From a virus (Duplodnaviria; Heunggongvirae; Uroviricota; Caudoviricetes), in the IMG/VR virus record IMGVR_UViG_3300014205_000001, positions 253,413-317,412 of that record: a stretch of 64,000 nucleotides of DNA; one strand, given 5' to 3'. Position 1 is the stretch's first letter. Each line of letters starts with the position of its first letter. The notes under the pieces were generated by a model. It did not search any database, was not told the DNA's origin, and saw nothing but the letters and a program-made list of their open reading frames with translations. The position numbers and the translations under genes are program-made. Shown here piece by piece: positions 1 to 9,761 of the stretch.

Positions 1-537
1 ACATATAATAGGTATCTGAAACAAAAATTCAACAAAATTTTATTAATACCTATTCATAATCATCCCCATTCTGATCGTGAAAATGGTCAAAAAGAAATTC
101 ATTTTCATGTTGATAGTAGATTTAAATTACCCTCACATTATAATATTGAGAAATATAGATTCTTTTATTCCCCTATACGTATAGTAAATTTTAAGGACGT
201 TAGGGAATATTATTTATGGAGTGATGCGGAAAAAACTCAAGAACATTTAGTAACTTGTGACGAATTAATTCATTATCATGATTTATATTGTTATCGTGAA
301 ACGGAAATGTTTCCCACACCGATTTCGCTAATTCAAAAAAGTAAACTTAAACACAAATGCATTCATAAAGGTAAATGTCCACACCGCGGTTACGATTTAA
401 GCTCTGTTCCCATGTTAGATGGCGTAATTACTTGTCCTTTACATGGATTAAAATTTGATTCAACAACCAAGAAAATATTAAATCACTGGGAATTAACTCC
501 TGAACAATTAGCAGAATATATAAATGACTCGAATTAA
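1..537 (+). CDS. Rieske [2Fe-2S] domain protein (5' partial; frame open from window start)
   Basis: Frame 1 has no stop from nt 1 to 537. C-terminal CPHRG-x16-CPLHG matches the CxH...CxxH Rieske box. The listed M at 307 is probably internal. Confidence 0.5.
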   Translation, partial: TYNRYLKQKFNKILLIPIHNHPHSDRENGQKEIHFHVDSRFKLPSHYNIEKYRFFYSPIRIVNFKDVREYYLWSDAEKTQEHLVTCDELIHYHDLYCYRETEMFPTPISLIQKSKLKHKCIHKGKCPHRGYDLSSVPMLDGVITCPLHGLKFDSTTKKILNHWELTPEQLAEYINDSN

Positions 538-970
538 TGCAAATATCGACCCGGCAGATTTGTGCGATCAACATCTATTAGCAGAATATCGCGAAATTGT
601 TCGTATACCTAACCATGTTCTTAAACATAAAATTAATTTTACACAAATTCCGGATACGTTTCGTTTAGGTACCGGTCACGTAAAATTCTTTTATAACAAA
701 ATCGGATTTTTGCATTATCGTTTCAATTTCTTAAAACGTAATTTAAATCATCGTGGTATAAAAAATAATATCGAAGATGATAGTTTCATTAAAGTGTTTC
801 AACAGCAACCGGAATGTTATTGTAATACAAACATAAATTACGGAAATTTAATTGTAGTTGATCGTATCATCGAACGTGTACTTTTAATGAAAAAAGTTAC
901 GATGAAGGGTATAGCAATTGATAAAGAAAAATATTGTAAAGAATTAAAAACTAAATATGGTAACACCTGA
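524..970 (+). CDS. denV: pyrimidine-dimer DNA glycosylase (T4 endonuclease V family)
   Basis: N-terminus MTRIN..DQHLLAEYRE..LGTGHVKFFYNKIGFL parallels T4 EndoV MTRIN..DQHLMAEYRE..LGAGHVTFFYDKLEFL. Confidence 0.85.
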   Translation: MTRINANIDPADLCDQHLLAEYREIVRIPNHVLKHKINFTQIPDTFRLGTGHVKFFYNKIGFLHYRFNFLKRNLNHRGIKNNIEDDSFIKVFQQQPECYCNTNINYGNLIVVDRIIERVLLMKKVTMKGIAIDKEKYCKELKTKYGNT

Positions 971-1241
971 AGATAAAGCCCAAAGAATTTTTATGATGTA
1001 TGTTCGAGCACTGGACCCAACTCATGGAATTTTAATAAAAACAGAAGTAAAAAATCAAGCATTAAAACTTGCTAAATTACATTGCAATACAATGTTAGAT
1101 GAAATTGATTTAATATTGGAAAAGCAAGGGTATAAAAAGAATGAAGGTAACTGTTACTATTTGGATTATCCTTTACAGAGACATGAATTGTATGAAGACA
1201 CGTTGATTCAGCTTGCAATCATGACTAAATCACTATCGTAA
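957..1241 (+). CDS. hypothetical protein
   Basis: ORF in co-directional tight array, start overlaps upstream stop. Confidence 0.4.
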   Translation: MVTPEDKAQRIFMMYVRALDPTHGILIKTEVKNQALKLAKLHCNTMLDEIDLILEKQGYKKNEGNCYYLDYPLQRHELYEDTLIQLAIMTKSLS

Positions 1242-1295
1242 ATAAATTTCCTAGATTCAAATAAAATACGTATATTTATAGTAAATAAAAACTAC

Positions 1296-3203
1296 ATGGC
1301 AAAGCAACAAAATCTTACTCCCGACGAGGAATTATACTTAAAAGCAAAACAAGCATATTATATCAAAGGGGAACCGATAATGACCGACCCTGAATTTGAT
1401 GCATTGGAAGAAAAACTTCGTGCAGAAGATTCATTCGTCCTTGATATTGTCGGTGCAGGTACCAAAAAGAAAAAAGATGTGTACACCCACAAAACAAAAA
1501 TGGGGTCACTTGCAAAAGTACAATTCAAACCTAACTTTACACCTTGGGACGAATTAGTCGATAAGTTCTTAAGTAAGGTACCTAAAACTGCAACCCTTAA
1601 CTGGGAACCTAAACTAGACGGTAATGCAATTAATATCATGTACGAAAATGAAATGCTGGTAAAAGTATTAAGTCGTGGTGATGGTGTCGAAGGTCAAGAT
1701 TATACCAAAAAATTACAAAAACATTTTCCAGCACGTATCAAAGGATTTTCTGGAGAAATTCGTGGGGAAGCAGTTGTTGATCAATACTTATTCGATTCCA
1801 AATATAAAAAGGACCCCAATGCAACGGAAGCTGATCCGATCAAAAAATATTCCAATGCACGTAACTGGGTTGCTGGTATCTTAGCAGCCGATTACAGTGA
1901 TAAAATTCCTTACGAAGAAATTGACATTGTATGTTTTGAAATTGTCGGTCATACTGGTGATACAAAAGCACAATTAAACAAATGGAATTTCAAAACACAC
2001 GATTTCATGCAATCGACTCCTGCAACAATTAATCAGGACGATTTGGAAACACTATACAAAAAATTTGTTAAGTACCGTGAAAATTGCAAATATCAATTGG
2101 ATGGTATCGTAATTAAAACAAGTGAAGATGTTCGTTCTTATATCGGACGTACTGATCATCATCCACTCTGGGCAATCGCAGTTAAATTTGTAACTCAGGA
2201 AGTTAAAACGACTATCATCAGAATTGAATGGGGAATGAGTAAACGTGGGGAACTTTGCCCCGTTGCAATTTTACAACCTGTCGATCTTTTAGGTAGTATT
2301 GTTACCAGGGCATCAGTTTACAATGCAAGTTGGATGTTGGCGAAAAAAGCTTATCCTGGTGCAGAAGTTACACTAATCAAATCGGGTGATATTATTCCAA
2401 AAATTGTGGACGTTGTAGTACCTGCACCCGGAACTTATACTTTACCTACTGAATATGATGGTAACGTATTAAAATACAACGGAGTTCATTTATTAGTTGA
2501 AGGTTTTGAAAATACGGCTGAATATAAAGCCAATAAATTACATTCAGCAGTTGTTGCATTAGGTATCGAAAATTTAGGACCTGCAACATGTGAACGTATT
2601 GCCAAAACAGGTTTAACTTTAAAAGATTTGTTAAATACAAATCCTGATGGTTTAAGGATGCAATTATTACAATCGAAAGAATTTAAAGATGGCCGGGAAT
2701 TAGAAATTTTAATTGAATCAGTATTCGCTATTACTAAAGTTCAGCTGTGGGAAGTTATTTATTGTTTACAATATCGTAACTGTGGTAAAACAATTTCTAA
2801 ACAATTAGCCAATTGGATGACAAAAATTCCACATGACTTTAAAGGTTTAGAAAAGGATGTCGTAAATGGTTTTGTCAACAATCCTGACCGTGTACAGGAG
2901 GTCAAAGAATTGGTTGGTATATTACTTAACCAAAACATACAGGTCGTTAAACCTGAACCTCCTAAACAGGGTATTATCACGTTCGAAATGACAGGTGATT
3001 GTACAACACATGGCAGCAAATCCGAATTTAAATTAGAATTGGAACAAACAGGTAAATTCATGCATTCGTCATTAGGTAAAGAAACAAATTATTTAGTAAC
3101 GAATACTTTAGTAAGTAACACTTCAAAAATGCAAAAAGCAACTAAATTTGGGGTTAAAATTGTTACTTACGAAGATATGTTAAACATTGCAAAAACAGTA
3201 TAA
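1296..3203 (+). CDS. ligA: NAD+-dependent DNA ligase
   Basis: N-terminal Ia-domain-like YYIKGEPIMTDPEFDALEEKL. Adenylation motif EPKLDGNAI and SRGDGVEGQD. C-terminal BRCT-like segment. Size and domain order fit LigA. Confidence 0.9.
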   Translation: MAKQQNLTPDEELYLKAKQAYYIKGEPIMTDPEFDALEEKLRAEDSFVLDIVGAGTKKKKDVYTHKTKMGSLAKVQFKPNFTPWDELVDKFLSKVPKTATLNWEPKLDGNAINIMYENEMLVKVLSRGDGVEGQDYTKKLQKHFPARIKGFSGEIRGEAVVDQYLFDSKYKKDPNATEADPIKKYSNARNWVAGILAADYSDKIPYEEIDIVCFEIVGHTGDTKAQLNKWNFKTHDFMQSTPATINQDDLETLYKKFVKYRENCKYQLDGIVIKTSEDVRSYIGRTDHHPLWAIAVKFVTQEVKTTIIRIEWGMSKRGELCPVAILQPVDLLGSIVTRASVYNASWMLAKKAYPGAEVTLIKSGDIIPKIVDVVVPAPGTYTLPTEYDGNVLKYNGVHLLVEGFENTAEYKANKLHSAVVALGIENLGPATCERIAKTGLTLKDLLNTNPDGLRMQLLQSKEFKDGRELEILIESVFAITKVQLWEVIYCLQYRNCGKTISKQLANWMTKIPHDFKGLEKDVVNGFVNNPDRVQEVKELVGILLNQNIQVVKPEPPKQGIITFEMTGDCTTHGSKSEFKLELEQTGKFMHSSLGKETNYLVTNTLVSNTSKMQKATKFGVKIVTYEDMLNIAKTV

Positions 3204-3598
3204 TGGACGATAAAATAGCACTTCAAAATATAAAAAATATTACTGTTACAATTACAGATAAAAACGGTAATGTTGCATCACTTGTTTCGACAGGTGATGA
3301 ATTGATTGAACGTATTAAAAGTATGATGTATCAATCTTTAGCTTATTCTTTGAATGCTGGTGTATCAGAAGTAATTGCTGTAATGAGTTTAGCGACAGTG
3401 AAAGATCAACCTGCTATTAAATACATGATGTTACAAAAGTATCGTCAGGATGTGTCCTATTCGTCAAGAGAAGGGTGGAAGAAAGATTGGTATTTTGAAA
3501 TTGACAAAGAACGATTTGAATTTACAAATAAAGTTGAAGCCAATTATGTTTTGGAACATGTACAACATATTAATAATCGTTTACCACTAAAAAAGTAA
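3203..3598 (+). CDS. hypothetical protein
   Basis: ORF, ATG overlaps ligase stop (TAATG). Confidence 0.45.
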   Translation: MDDKIALQNIKNITVTITDKNGNVASLVSTGDELIERIKSMMYQSLAYSLNAGVSEVIAVMSLATVKDQPAIKYMMLQKYRQDVSYSSREGWKKDWYFEIDKERFEFTNKVEANYVLEHVQHINNRLPLKK

Positions 3599-3600
3599 AA

Positions 3601-3789
3601 ATGAAACACAGAATTATCGGAAGTTTTATGTTACAGTTAGTAGAAACTACTCCTAACACAACTGCATATAAATTATTGCTGTTCAATATTCGTATTGTAA
3701 CATGGCATTTTACACTGCTACAAATCAATACAGCACTTTTCTCCATGTTCGGTGCTTTGTCTAACATAAAAAAATTAAAACATGTCTGA
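3601..3789 (+). CDS. hypothetical small protein
   Basis: 62-aa ORF filling the gap between neighbours, hydrophobic. Confidence 0.3.
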   Translation: MKHRIIGSFMLQLVETTPNTTAYKLLLFNIRIVTWHFTLLQINTALFSMFGALSNIKKLKHV

Positions 3790-4150
3790 ATATAAAATAG
3801 GTATCATTCTGGTTGATGTATTCAATCCATTTATTAAAATTGATATTGAAAGATGTCGTTGCAAAATTGTAGATGTAAGAACTCAAGGTAGTACTTCAGT
3901 TTGTGTACGTATTAGAAAATGGCCTGAAACAATTGACCCAGATAATGGAAACGAAACAAATCCTGTAGAGTCAAATCAGTGGATGCCTATTGATCGTGAT
4001 ATGAATGCACGATTTAAATTTGAATCAGAAGTTGATTTAACACAATTAAAAGTTTACGAACAATTAAGTAAACAGAAATGCGCAATGCATAAAAAACCAT
4101 TAAAATACAATTGGAACTCCAAAACAGTCGAAGGATTTAAAACTAAATAA
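3782..4150 (+). CDS. hypothetical protein
   Basis: ORF in operon-like array. Confidence 0.4.
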   Translation: MSEYKIGIILVDVFNPFIKIDIERCRCKIVDVRTQGSTSVCVRIRKWPETIDPDNGNETNPVESNQWMPIDRDMNARFKFESEVDLTQLKVYEQLSKQKCAMHKKPLKYNWNSKTVEGFKTK

Positions 4151-4151
4151 T

Positions 4152-4493
4152 ATGGTAACACCTGAAGAGTATAAAAAAGCAAAGAAAATTGTTGACGAAT
4201 ATGACAGACAACAAAATGATGTTCGGGATGCAAATTTAAAAGCACTTGAACAAGAACTGACAGAATTTTTCAAAACAAATAAATTGTGTTATGATCAATG
4301 TGAAATTAAAGAATTTTACTTGACTACAACCAGTGGATTTGGCGGGAAACATTATGCGTATATTCATTCAACAATTCCAATGTTCGATGAAGATTATTCA
4401 GAATCTGATAAAATGGAAAATGATCTAAATTTATTAGGAATGAAACATGGTTTTGCAGGTTGTAGTATGGAATCAGGAGCTTACGGTAAATAA
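4152..4493 (+). CDS. hypothetical protein
   Basis: ORF, coiled N-terminal half. Confidence 0.45.
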   Translation: MVTPEEYKKAKKIVDEYDRQQNDVRDANLKALEQELTEFFKTNKLCYDQCEIKEFYLTTTSGFGGKHYAYIHSTIPMFDEDYSESDKMENDLNLLGMKHGFAGCSMESGAYGK

Positions 4494-4510
4494 TTCCATT
4501 TTAAATATTT

Positions 4511-4542
4511 AAAAACGGATAGTAAATAGCTATCCGTTTTTT
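4511..4542 (+). terminator. rho-independent terminator hairpin
   Basis: acggatag..ctatccgt stem followed by TTTTTT. Confidence 0.6.
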
Positions 4543-4544
4543 AT

Positions 4545-5090
4545 TTGTGGCTCAATATGCATATAATTGTATTTGTGGCTACTATCATCGATATAAATAC
4601 AAAGCAAGAAATTGTAAAACCTCAATTTCTATGTGACGACAAGTTAACAGCCATTGATTATCCTTTTGGTGGTGCAGTAGTTCATAATATGAAATTAATC
4701 AATCGGTTAATTTCTAAATTTACAAAGTTTAAAAGCAAAAAATTTCCTAAACATCGTACATTACTATTTTGTCGAGGCAGTTCAGGTGCAATTGTTGCTG
4801 CTTTATTTGCTGCTAAATTATTAGGTGACACTCAAATAATTTACGTACGTAAAAGGGGTGAAAATCGTCATGGTGCTCAAAATTTTTTACTACAAGATAC
4901 AGATTTGATAGTATTTGTGGACGATTTTATATGTTCAGGTGAAACAATGCGTGCAATGTATGGAGATATTTTACCTCGATTAAAAAAGCAAAAGCGTGAA
5001 ACAATTGATTTTGTATGTGTGACAGGTTTTGTAAATTTAAAGGATTTGAATTTTAACGTAAAGCACATAATGTGCAAAGGACAATTATGA
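4545..5090 (+). CDS. type I phosphoribosyltransferase (APRT-like)
   Basis: IDYPFGG (APRT N-terminal DYPKPG-like). CRGSSGAIVAALFA..IYVRKRG matches the flexible-loop region. VFVDDFICSGETM is the PRPP-binding motif. Start ambiguous (TTG 4545, ATG 4557 or GTG 4578). Confidence 0.6.
   Translation: MWLNMHIIVFVATIIDINTKQEIVKPQFLCDDKLTAIDYPFGGAVVHNMKLINRLISKFTKFKSKKFPKHRTLLFCRGSSGAIVAALFAAKLLGDTQIIYVRKRGENRHGAQNFLLQDTDLIVFVDDFICSGETMRAMYGDILPRLKKQKRETIDFVCVTGFVNLKDLNFNVKHIMCKGQL
4560..4571 (+). promoter_or_regulatory. conserved motif CATATAATTGTA (copy 1)
   Basis: Exact 12-mer shared with five other loci. Extended -10-like. Confidence 0.5.
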
Positions 5091-5232
5091 GGATTATAAA
5101 ATCACAACCCGGTCGAAAATTATACTTTATTGCTAAAGGTTTCATAAAAATCATTGATGCAATTACACCAATATTGACATTAGGTTTCTATTGGACAGAT
5201 TTAGAATATAAATTTACTAGACGACAATTAAA

Positions 5233-5685
5233 ATGAAAGTATTAAATATAACAACTTACCGTGACGGTGGTACAATAAAACTGGAAACAACTGATGGTGT
5301 CTTTTGGAAAGACAATCGTATTTCATCTACGACCAAAGGTAAATTTTATCGTGGGGATTTCCCAGGGAAAGATAAATCAAAAATGTTAGATGATGAAAAA
5401 TACGAACGGGATTTATATTGGGCGTTAGAAGTCTATCAAAGCGGTAGTTCTAATGCTCGTGTCGAACCTTCATTAATGGCACGTCATTTGATTACAAAAT
5501 TTTCTTATAACGATAAAATTGACATTTCATTAGCACAATTGAGTGCAAAAATATACATTGAATTAATTTTAGAACAACATGTAACATCAATAAACGATGT
5601 TGAATATTGGAAGGAAGTAGAAATTCAATTAAATAATAAAAAATTAACGTTTAAAGAAAACCCAGAAATTGATCACGTAAACTAA
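5233..5685 (+). CDS. hypothetical protein
   Basis: 150-aa ORF. Confidence 0.45.
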   Translation: MKVLNITTYRDGGTIKLETTDGVFWKDNRISSTTKGKFYRGDFPGKDKSKMLDDEKYERDLYWALEVYQSGSSNARVEPSLMARHLITKFSYNDKIDISLAQLSAKIYIELILEQHVTSINDVEYWKEVEIQLNNKKLTFKENPEIDHVN

Positions 5686-5715
5686 ACAATTAACCTTTTA
5701 AAACATAAAATAGAT

Positions 5716-5904
5716 ATGGAAAACTTATACGGATATTACTTTCATTACAATCCTTTTACGAAAATATGGTCAGCAATTGAAATTGCAAAATTGCAGGACT
5801 ACAATGCAGGTAAATTGGATAAAAACGAAATCCTCAAAAATAAAAATATACAAGTGTTGATCGATTTTTTATCAAATCCCAACGCTAAAATTGAAAATGC
5901 ATAA
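5716..5904 (+). CDS. hypothetical small protein
   Basis: 62-aa ORF, weak. Confidence 0.25.
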   Translation: MENLYGYYFHYNPFTKIWSAIEIAKLQDYNAGKLDKNEILKNKNIQVLIDFLSNPNAKIENA

Positions 5905-6073
5905 AAAACTAATCGCTTTTGTACCTGTGTGGTTCTTATACTACACAGGTGAATTTTTTGGTAATTGGGATTGCACGTATGATAACATTTGGGCATATAA
6001 TATGTTCGAAAAGTGTATGTCACGTATGCAACAGTTACAAACTTGGGCTAATTTAAAACAACCGCAGATATGA
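5891..6073 (+). CDS. hypothetical small protein
   Basis: 60-aa ORF, weak. Confidence 0.25.
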   Translation: MKMHKKLIAFVPVWFLYYTGEFFGNWDCTYDNIWAYNMFEKCMSRMQQLQTWANLKQPQI

Positions 6074-6603
6074 AATCGGAATTAGAAATTGAACGTCGTT
6101 GGTTAATGCGTAAATTGCCTAACATTATAGCAAAAGAAAGTTTTAGTATACACCAATACTATACACCTGAAGGTCGATTTAGAAAATCGACTTCTTATAG
6201 TGAGACAGGTGATAAAAATTTTATTCCTGTGACAAAATATTATCACACGATTAAAAAGACAATTAGTCACGGTGTTAACGATGAACAAGAACGTGAAATC
6301 ACAGAAGTTGAATTTAATGAAGCCATTAAATCAGCAACAAAAATGATTAATAAATTACGTTTTATTCATACTCCTGATAAACAACCAGGATGGAATATGA
6401 AATTGAAATTTGAAGTGGATTTGATGTTGAATACGACTTATCACGAAAAACATCATTGTGATTTAATCATTTTAGAAGTTGAATTGGACGACATTAATCA
6501 AGAAATTGAATTTCCTTACTATATTGAAAACCGAATAATTAAAGAAATTACAGGTGATAGTAGTTTTTCAAATTATAATTTAGCGCAATTTTACAAATTT
6601 TAA
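6070..6603 (+). CDS. CYTH-like (triphosphate tunnel metalloenzyme) domain protein
   Basis: N-terminal LEIERRWL resembles the CYTH ExExK start. Alternating acidic strand LIILEVELDD near the C-terminus. Confidence 0.45.
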   Translation: MKSELEIERRWLMRKLPNIIAKESFSIHQYYTPEGRFRKSTSYSETGDKNFIPVTKYYHTIKKTISHGVNDEQEREITEVEFNEAIKSATKMINKLRFIHTPDKQPGWNMKLKFEVDLMLNTTYHEKHHCDLIILEVELDDINQEIEFPYYIENRIIKEITGDSSFSNYNLAQFYKF

Positions 6604-6613
6604 TTTTATCTCT

Positions 6614-7018
6614 ATGAAAGACACTCAAAATTACATTCCCGGTTATCAATTAGCTGAGGATGAATATTTACTAAAAATTCGTCATACAGAATCTAATGTA
6701 ACAGGATTTCTGACAAAATTAAATCAGAATGGAACTGTTCCCAAGAAATTTGAAGATTGGGGAATCTGGAAATATTCACGTGAACCACAAATACCATTGC
6801 CTATTTGTGTCTTTACTGAAAAATTTCGTGCATGTTGGAAATTAGATCATTTCAGAATTGGTGAATCACAACAATGGGCAGCATTAGTACACCCGTATGG
6901 TTTTATTTTAGAAATCTATTTAAGTGATTTTTTAGATATTTTAAAAACAAATTCTTTGATTGAAGGTGTTTTGCAGGGTGATTTTAAATGGCAAAACAAT
7001 AAGCTGATCAAGCAATAA
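6614..7018 (+). CDS. hypothetical protein
   Basis: 134-aa ORF. Confidence 0.4.
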   Translation: MKDTQNYIPGYQLAEDEYLLKIRHTESNVTGFLTKLNQNGTVPKKFEDWGIWKYSREPQIPLPICVFTEKFRACWKLDHFRIGESQQWAALVHPYGFILEIYLSDFLDILKTNSLIEGVLQGDFKWQNNKLIKQ

Positions 7019-7032
7019 ATGATATATAAATC

Positions 7033-7338
7033 ATGATAATTACTGATAAAAACTTTGAAAATCTTATTGCGAATAACAACGTAGTAATGAAATTAGGTGC
7101 AGTTTGGTGTGGACCTTGCCGCCAATTAGACCCCATCATTAAAAAAATGGAAGCTGAAGAAAACAAATTTATTGTAGGCAGCGTTGATATTGATGAAAAT
7201 TCTGTGATCTCAACTCGTTATGGAATTAGAAATATTCCCACAATTTTATTTTTTAAAGAAGGTCAATTAGTTGACAAAATTGTAGGCAATGTATCTGAGA
7301 TTCAGATACGTGAAAAAATTACAACAGCATTAAGCTAA
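7033..7338 (+). CDS. trx: thioredoxin
   Basis: WCGPC active site (AVWCGPCRQL). About 100 aa with thioredoxin fold spacing. Confidence 0.85.
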   Translation: MIITDKNFENLIANNNVVMKLGAVWCGPCRQLDPIIKKMEAEENKFIVGSVDIDENSVISTRYGIRNIPTILFFKEGQLVDKIVGNVSEIQIREKITTALS

Positions 7339-8240
7339 TGGATTACTTTACAAAATCTTTATTCAATTATAATAAACCGTTAATGTTTTTAACGAAACCG
7401 ACATACGTCATTTCGAATATGTTGAATGAAGATGGTAGTACAATGGTACCTCGTTTTCGTTTAAAGAACACAGATATTTTTGATGATTTTCCTTCCAATA
7501 CTGATATGAAGTTTAATCCTGAATTGATTAAACTTGCAATTACGTACGGAATGATTTTACAAATTGATTATAAAGGTGAAGCAGATGATACTCCGGGTGG
7601 ACATACACGTACAATTTATCCCATGGTCTTTGGTTACGGTAAAGAACAACAACCTTTGATTCGTGGATTTCATTTAAATGGTTGGAGTTCAAGTCAAGGT
7701 GGTGAATTAGATAAAACATGGAGAATGTTTCGTGGTGATCGTATTGAAAAAATGGTTTTTACTGGTGCTTTTTATCGTTTAGCTCCCGATGGTTACAATC
7801 CTGATGGAGATAAAGGTATACAACGTATTGTAAAACAAGCTGATTTTGATGAAATTCGTCGTAATCAAACTAAATTAATCAACACGCAACAAATCGATGT
7901 CTTAGATAGAGTTGTACTGAATAAAGTACGTACAATTGAAGCAGAAGACATGAAATTTACCTTAAAATTAAGCAATCCTTTTGCAGGTGATGTGATACCT
8001 AAGAAAGATGCAAAAAATATACGATTAACAATTGCTAAACCTTTAACAGGGCACGGACCTTACATTGTTGTAATTGGAACTAGTATTGGTAGAAATAATA
8101 CTTTCAAATTAAAATTGAATGGTCATGATTCAGGTTCATTTAGAGTAGTAAAATGGATGATGGCAGATAAGTTATCACAAGGTGCAGTTGATAATCAACA
8201 AGAATTTAAAGCTTACATGTTTAAACGTGCACGATTATAA
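7338..8240 (+). CDS. hypothetical protein
   Basis: 300-aa ORF, ATG overlaps trx stop. Confidence 0.45.
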   Translation: MDYFTKSLFNYNKPLMFLTKPTYVISNMLNEDGSTMVPRFRLKNTDIFDDFPSNTDMKFNPELIKLAITYGMILQIDYKGEADDTPGGHTRTIYPMVFGYGKEQQPLIRGFHLNGWSSSQGGELDKTWRMFRGDRIEKMVFTGAFYRLAPDGYNPDGDKGIQRIVKQADFDEIRRNQTKLINTQQIDVLDRVVLNKVRTIEAEDMKFTLKLSNPFAGDVIPKKDAKNIRLTIAKPLTGHGPYIVVIGTSIGRNNTFKLKLNGHDSGSFRVVKWMMADKLSQGAVDNQQEFKAYMFKRARL

Positions 8241-8692
8241 TGGAATTTGATGAATATAAAAAACAATTTGATGAATCTTTTGCTCAAGAAACACCTGAAG
8301 AATTTGTACAAAAAATGGAAGCACTAGGTTACAACTTTATTGATATGAAAACATATACATTTGAAAAAAACGAAAACGGCAAATGGTTTGTAGTACTGCC
8401 TGAGTTCTTGGAAATTTATCCAGGTCACGAAGGTGAACTTCAAATGGTCTTTGGTGCAGATACTATGTTAGACATCATGGCACAAGGCGAAAATATCGTA
8501 CATCTTACTTTAAGTTTACAAGAATTTGAAGGTTGCAATGTATTAAATAAAATGCATAATACACCTGATGTTGGTGGTGCAATGTATATGATGCCTAAAT
8601 ATCAAGGCTTTGAATACAATTTAGAAATGTGGTTATGTGGAGTTACTGAATTTGTTTTCGGTCACATGCCAGAAAAAATTTACTTAAAATAA
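8240..8692 (+). CDS. hypothetical protein
   Basis: 150-aa ORF. Confidence 0.45.
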   Translation: MEFDEYKKQFDESFAQETPEEFVQKMEALGYNFIDMKTYTFEKNENGKWFVVLPEFLEIYPGHEGELQMVFGADTMLDIMAQGENIVHLTLSLQEFEGCNVLNKMHNTPDVGGAMYMMPKYQGFEYNLEMWLCGVTEFVFGHMPEKIYLK

Positions 8693-8708
8693 AAACAACA
8701 AAAATATT

Positions 8709-8996
8709 ATGATTATCATCGTTTATAACACAGACAATTCAAATACAATTACAGGCGTATACAATACTGATTGTGTCAAACCTATTGCTGAATTAGAAGC
8801 AGAATACAAATTGTATTTAGAAGGAATTATTAGTTTAAGTTACGATTATATGGATAATGATCCGAATGATAATATTATTCGTAACAACTTATTAGCAACA
8901 ATGTGCGTAGGTATTACTTTTAATTCATGGTTCGTTCAAACATATCAACCTACAATTGAGACTTTTCAAATTATTACTGACCCTGTAAAAATCTAA
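8709..8996 (+). CDS. hypothetical protein
   Basis: 95-aa ORF. Confidence 0.35.
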   Translation: MIIIVYNTDNSNTITGVYNTDCVKPIAELEAEYKLYLEGIISLSYDYMDNDPNDNIIRNNLLATMCVGITFNSWFVQTYQPTIETFQIITDPVKI

Positions 8997-9000
8997 TTAC

Positions 9001-9573
9001 TTGGAATATTATAAAATAATTGATAATTTTTTATCGCCCTCAGAATGTCAAAAATTAATTGATGTATCTGAAAATATTGGATATTCACCTGCAGATATTA
9101 GTTTTCCTACATCACAAGGTGGTCCTCGCATGATTCCGAATTATCGTAACAACGATCGTGTCTTATATCAAAACGAAGATTTTCGAAAATTAATTGAATT
9201 TCGTTTAGCTGATAATATTCCGCAAACTTATAAACAACAATTAACGAATACTGAAATAGCAACTGCAAAATTTGCAGAAGTTTCAGGATTATTTCGTTTT
9301 TATCGATACGGTCCGGGACATTTCTTTAAAAAACATCGAGACACTACAGAACAATTAGCCAATGGGTTATCATGTATTACAATTTTGATATATTTAAATA
9401 CTGTAGAAAACAGCGGATATACAAATTTAATTGATAATTGTTTACCTAACAAAGTATCAGTACAACCTGTAGTCGGACGTCTTTTAATGTTCGATCATTG
9501 TGTATTACACGAAGGTGAAGAATTAAAAGAAGGTAACAAATATTTAATACGAACAGATTTAATTTATAAATGA
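9001..9573 (+). CDS. 2OG-Fe(II) oxygenase, prolyl-4-hydroxylase-like
   Basis: HRD (HxD) ... HEGEEL second His ... C-terminal R in KYLIRTDL. Fits the P4Hc jelly-roll motif order. TTG start. Confidence 0.6.
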   Translation: MEYYKIIDNFLSPSECQKLIDVSENIGYSPADISFPTSQGGPRMIPNYRNNDRVLYQNEDFRKLIEFRLADNIPQTYKQQLTNTEIATAKFAEVSGLFRFYRYGPGHFFKKHRDTTEQLANGLSCITILIYLNTVENSGYTNLIDNCLPNKVSVQPVVGRLLMFDHCVLHEGEELKEGNKYLIRTDLIYK

Positions 9574-9761
9574 GACCTATACAACAAGACGATATTCAAG
9601 ATTCGTTTAATCAACCGAAAAAAGAATTTCGTTGGATTCATGAATCTACTCGTAAAATTGTACGTGCCATTAATAAGAAAAAAGCTATTCAAAAATTTAA
9701 AGAAGTGTATAATTTATCAACATTAAAAGCTGACGTTCGTCAAGCACAAATGATAGAATGA
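9570..9761 (+). CDS. hypothetical small protein
   Basis: 63-aa basic ORF. Confidence 0.3.
   Translation: MRPIQQDDIQDSFNQPKKEFRWIHESTRKIVRAINKKKAIQKFKEVYNLSTLKADVRQAQMIE

Noticed and set aside
1358-3061. Minus-strand ORFs (1358-1639, 2446-2640, 2759-3061) inside the ligase gene
   Set aside because: Antisense to a high-confidence gene, with low-complexity hydrophobic translations typical of AT-rich shadow ORFs
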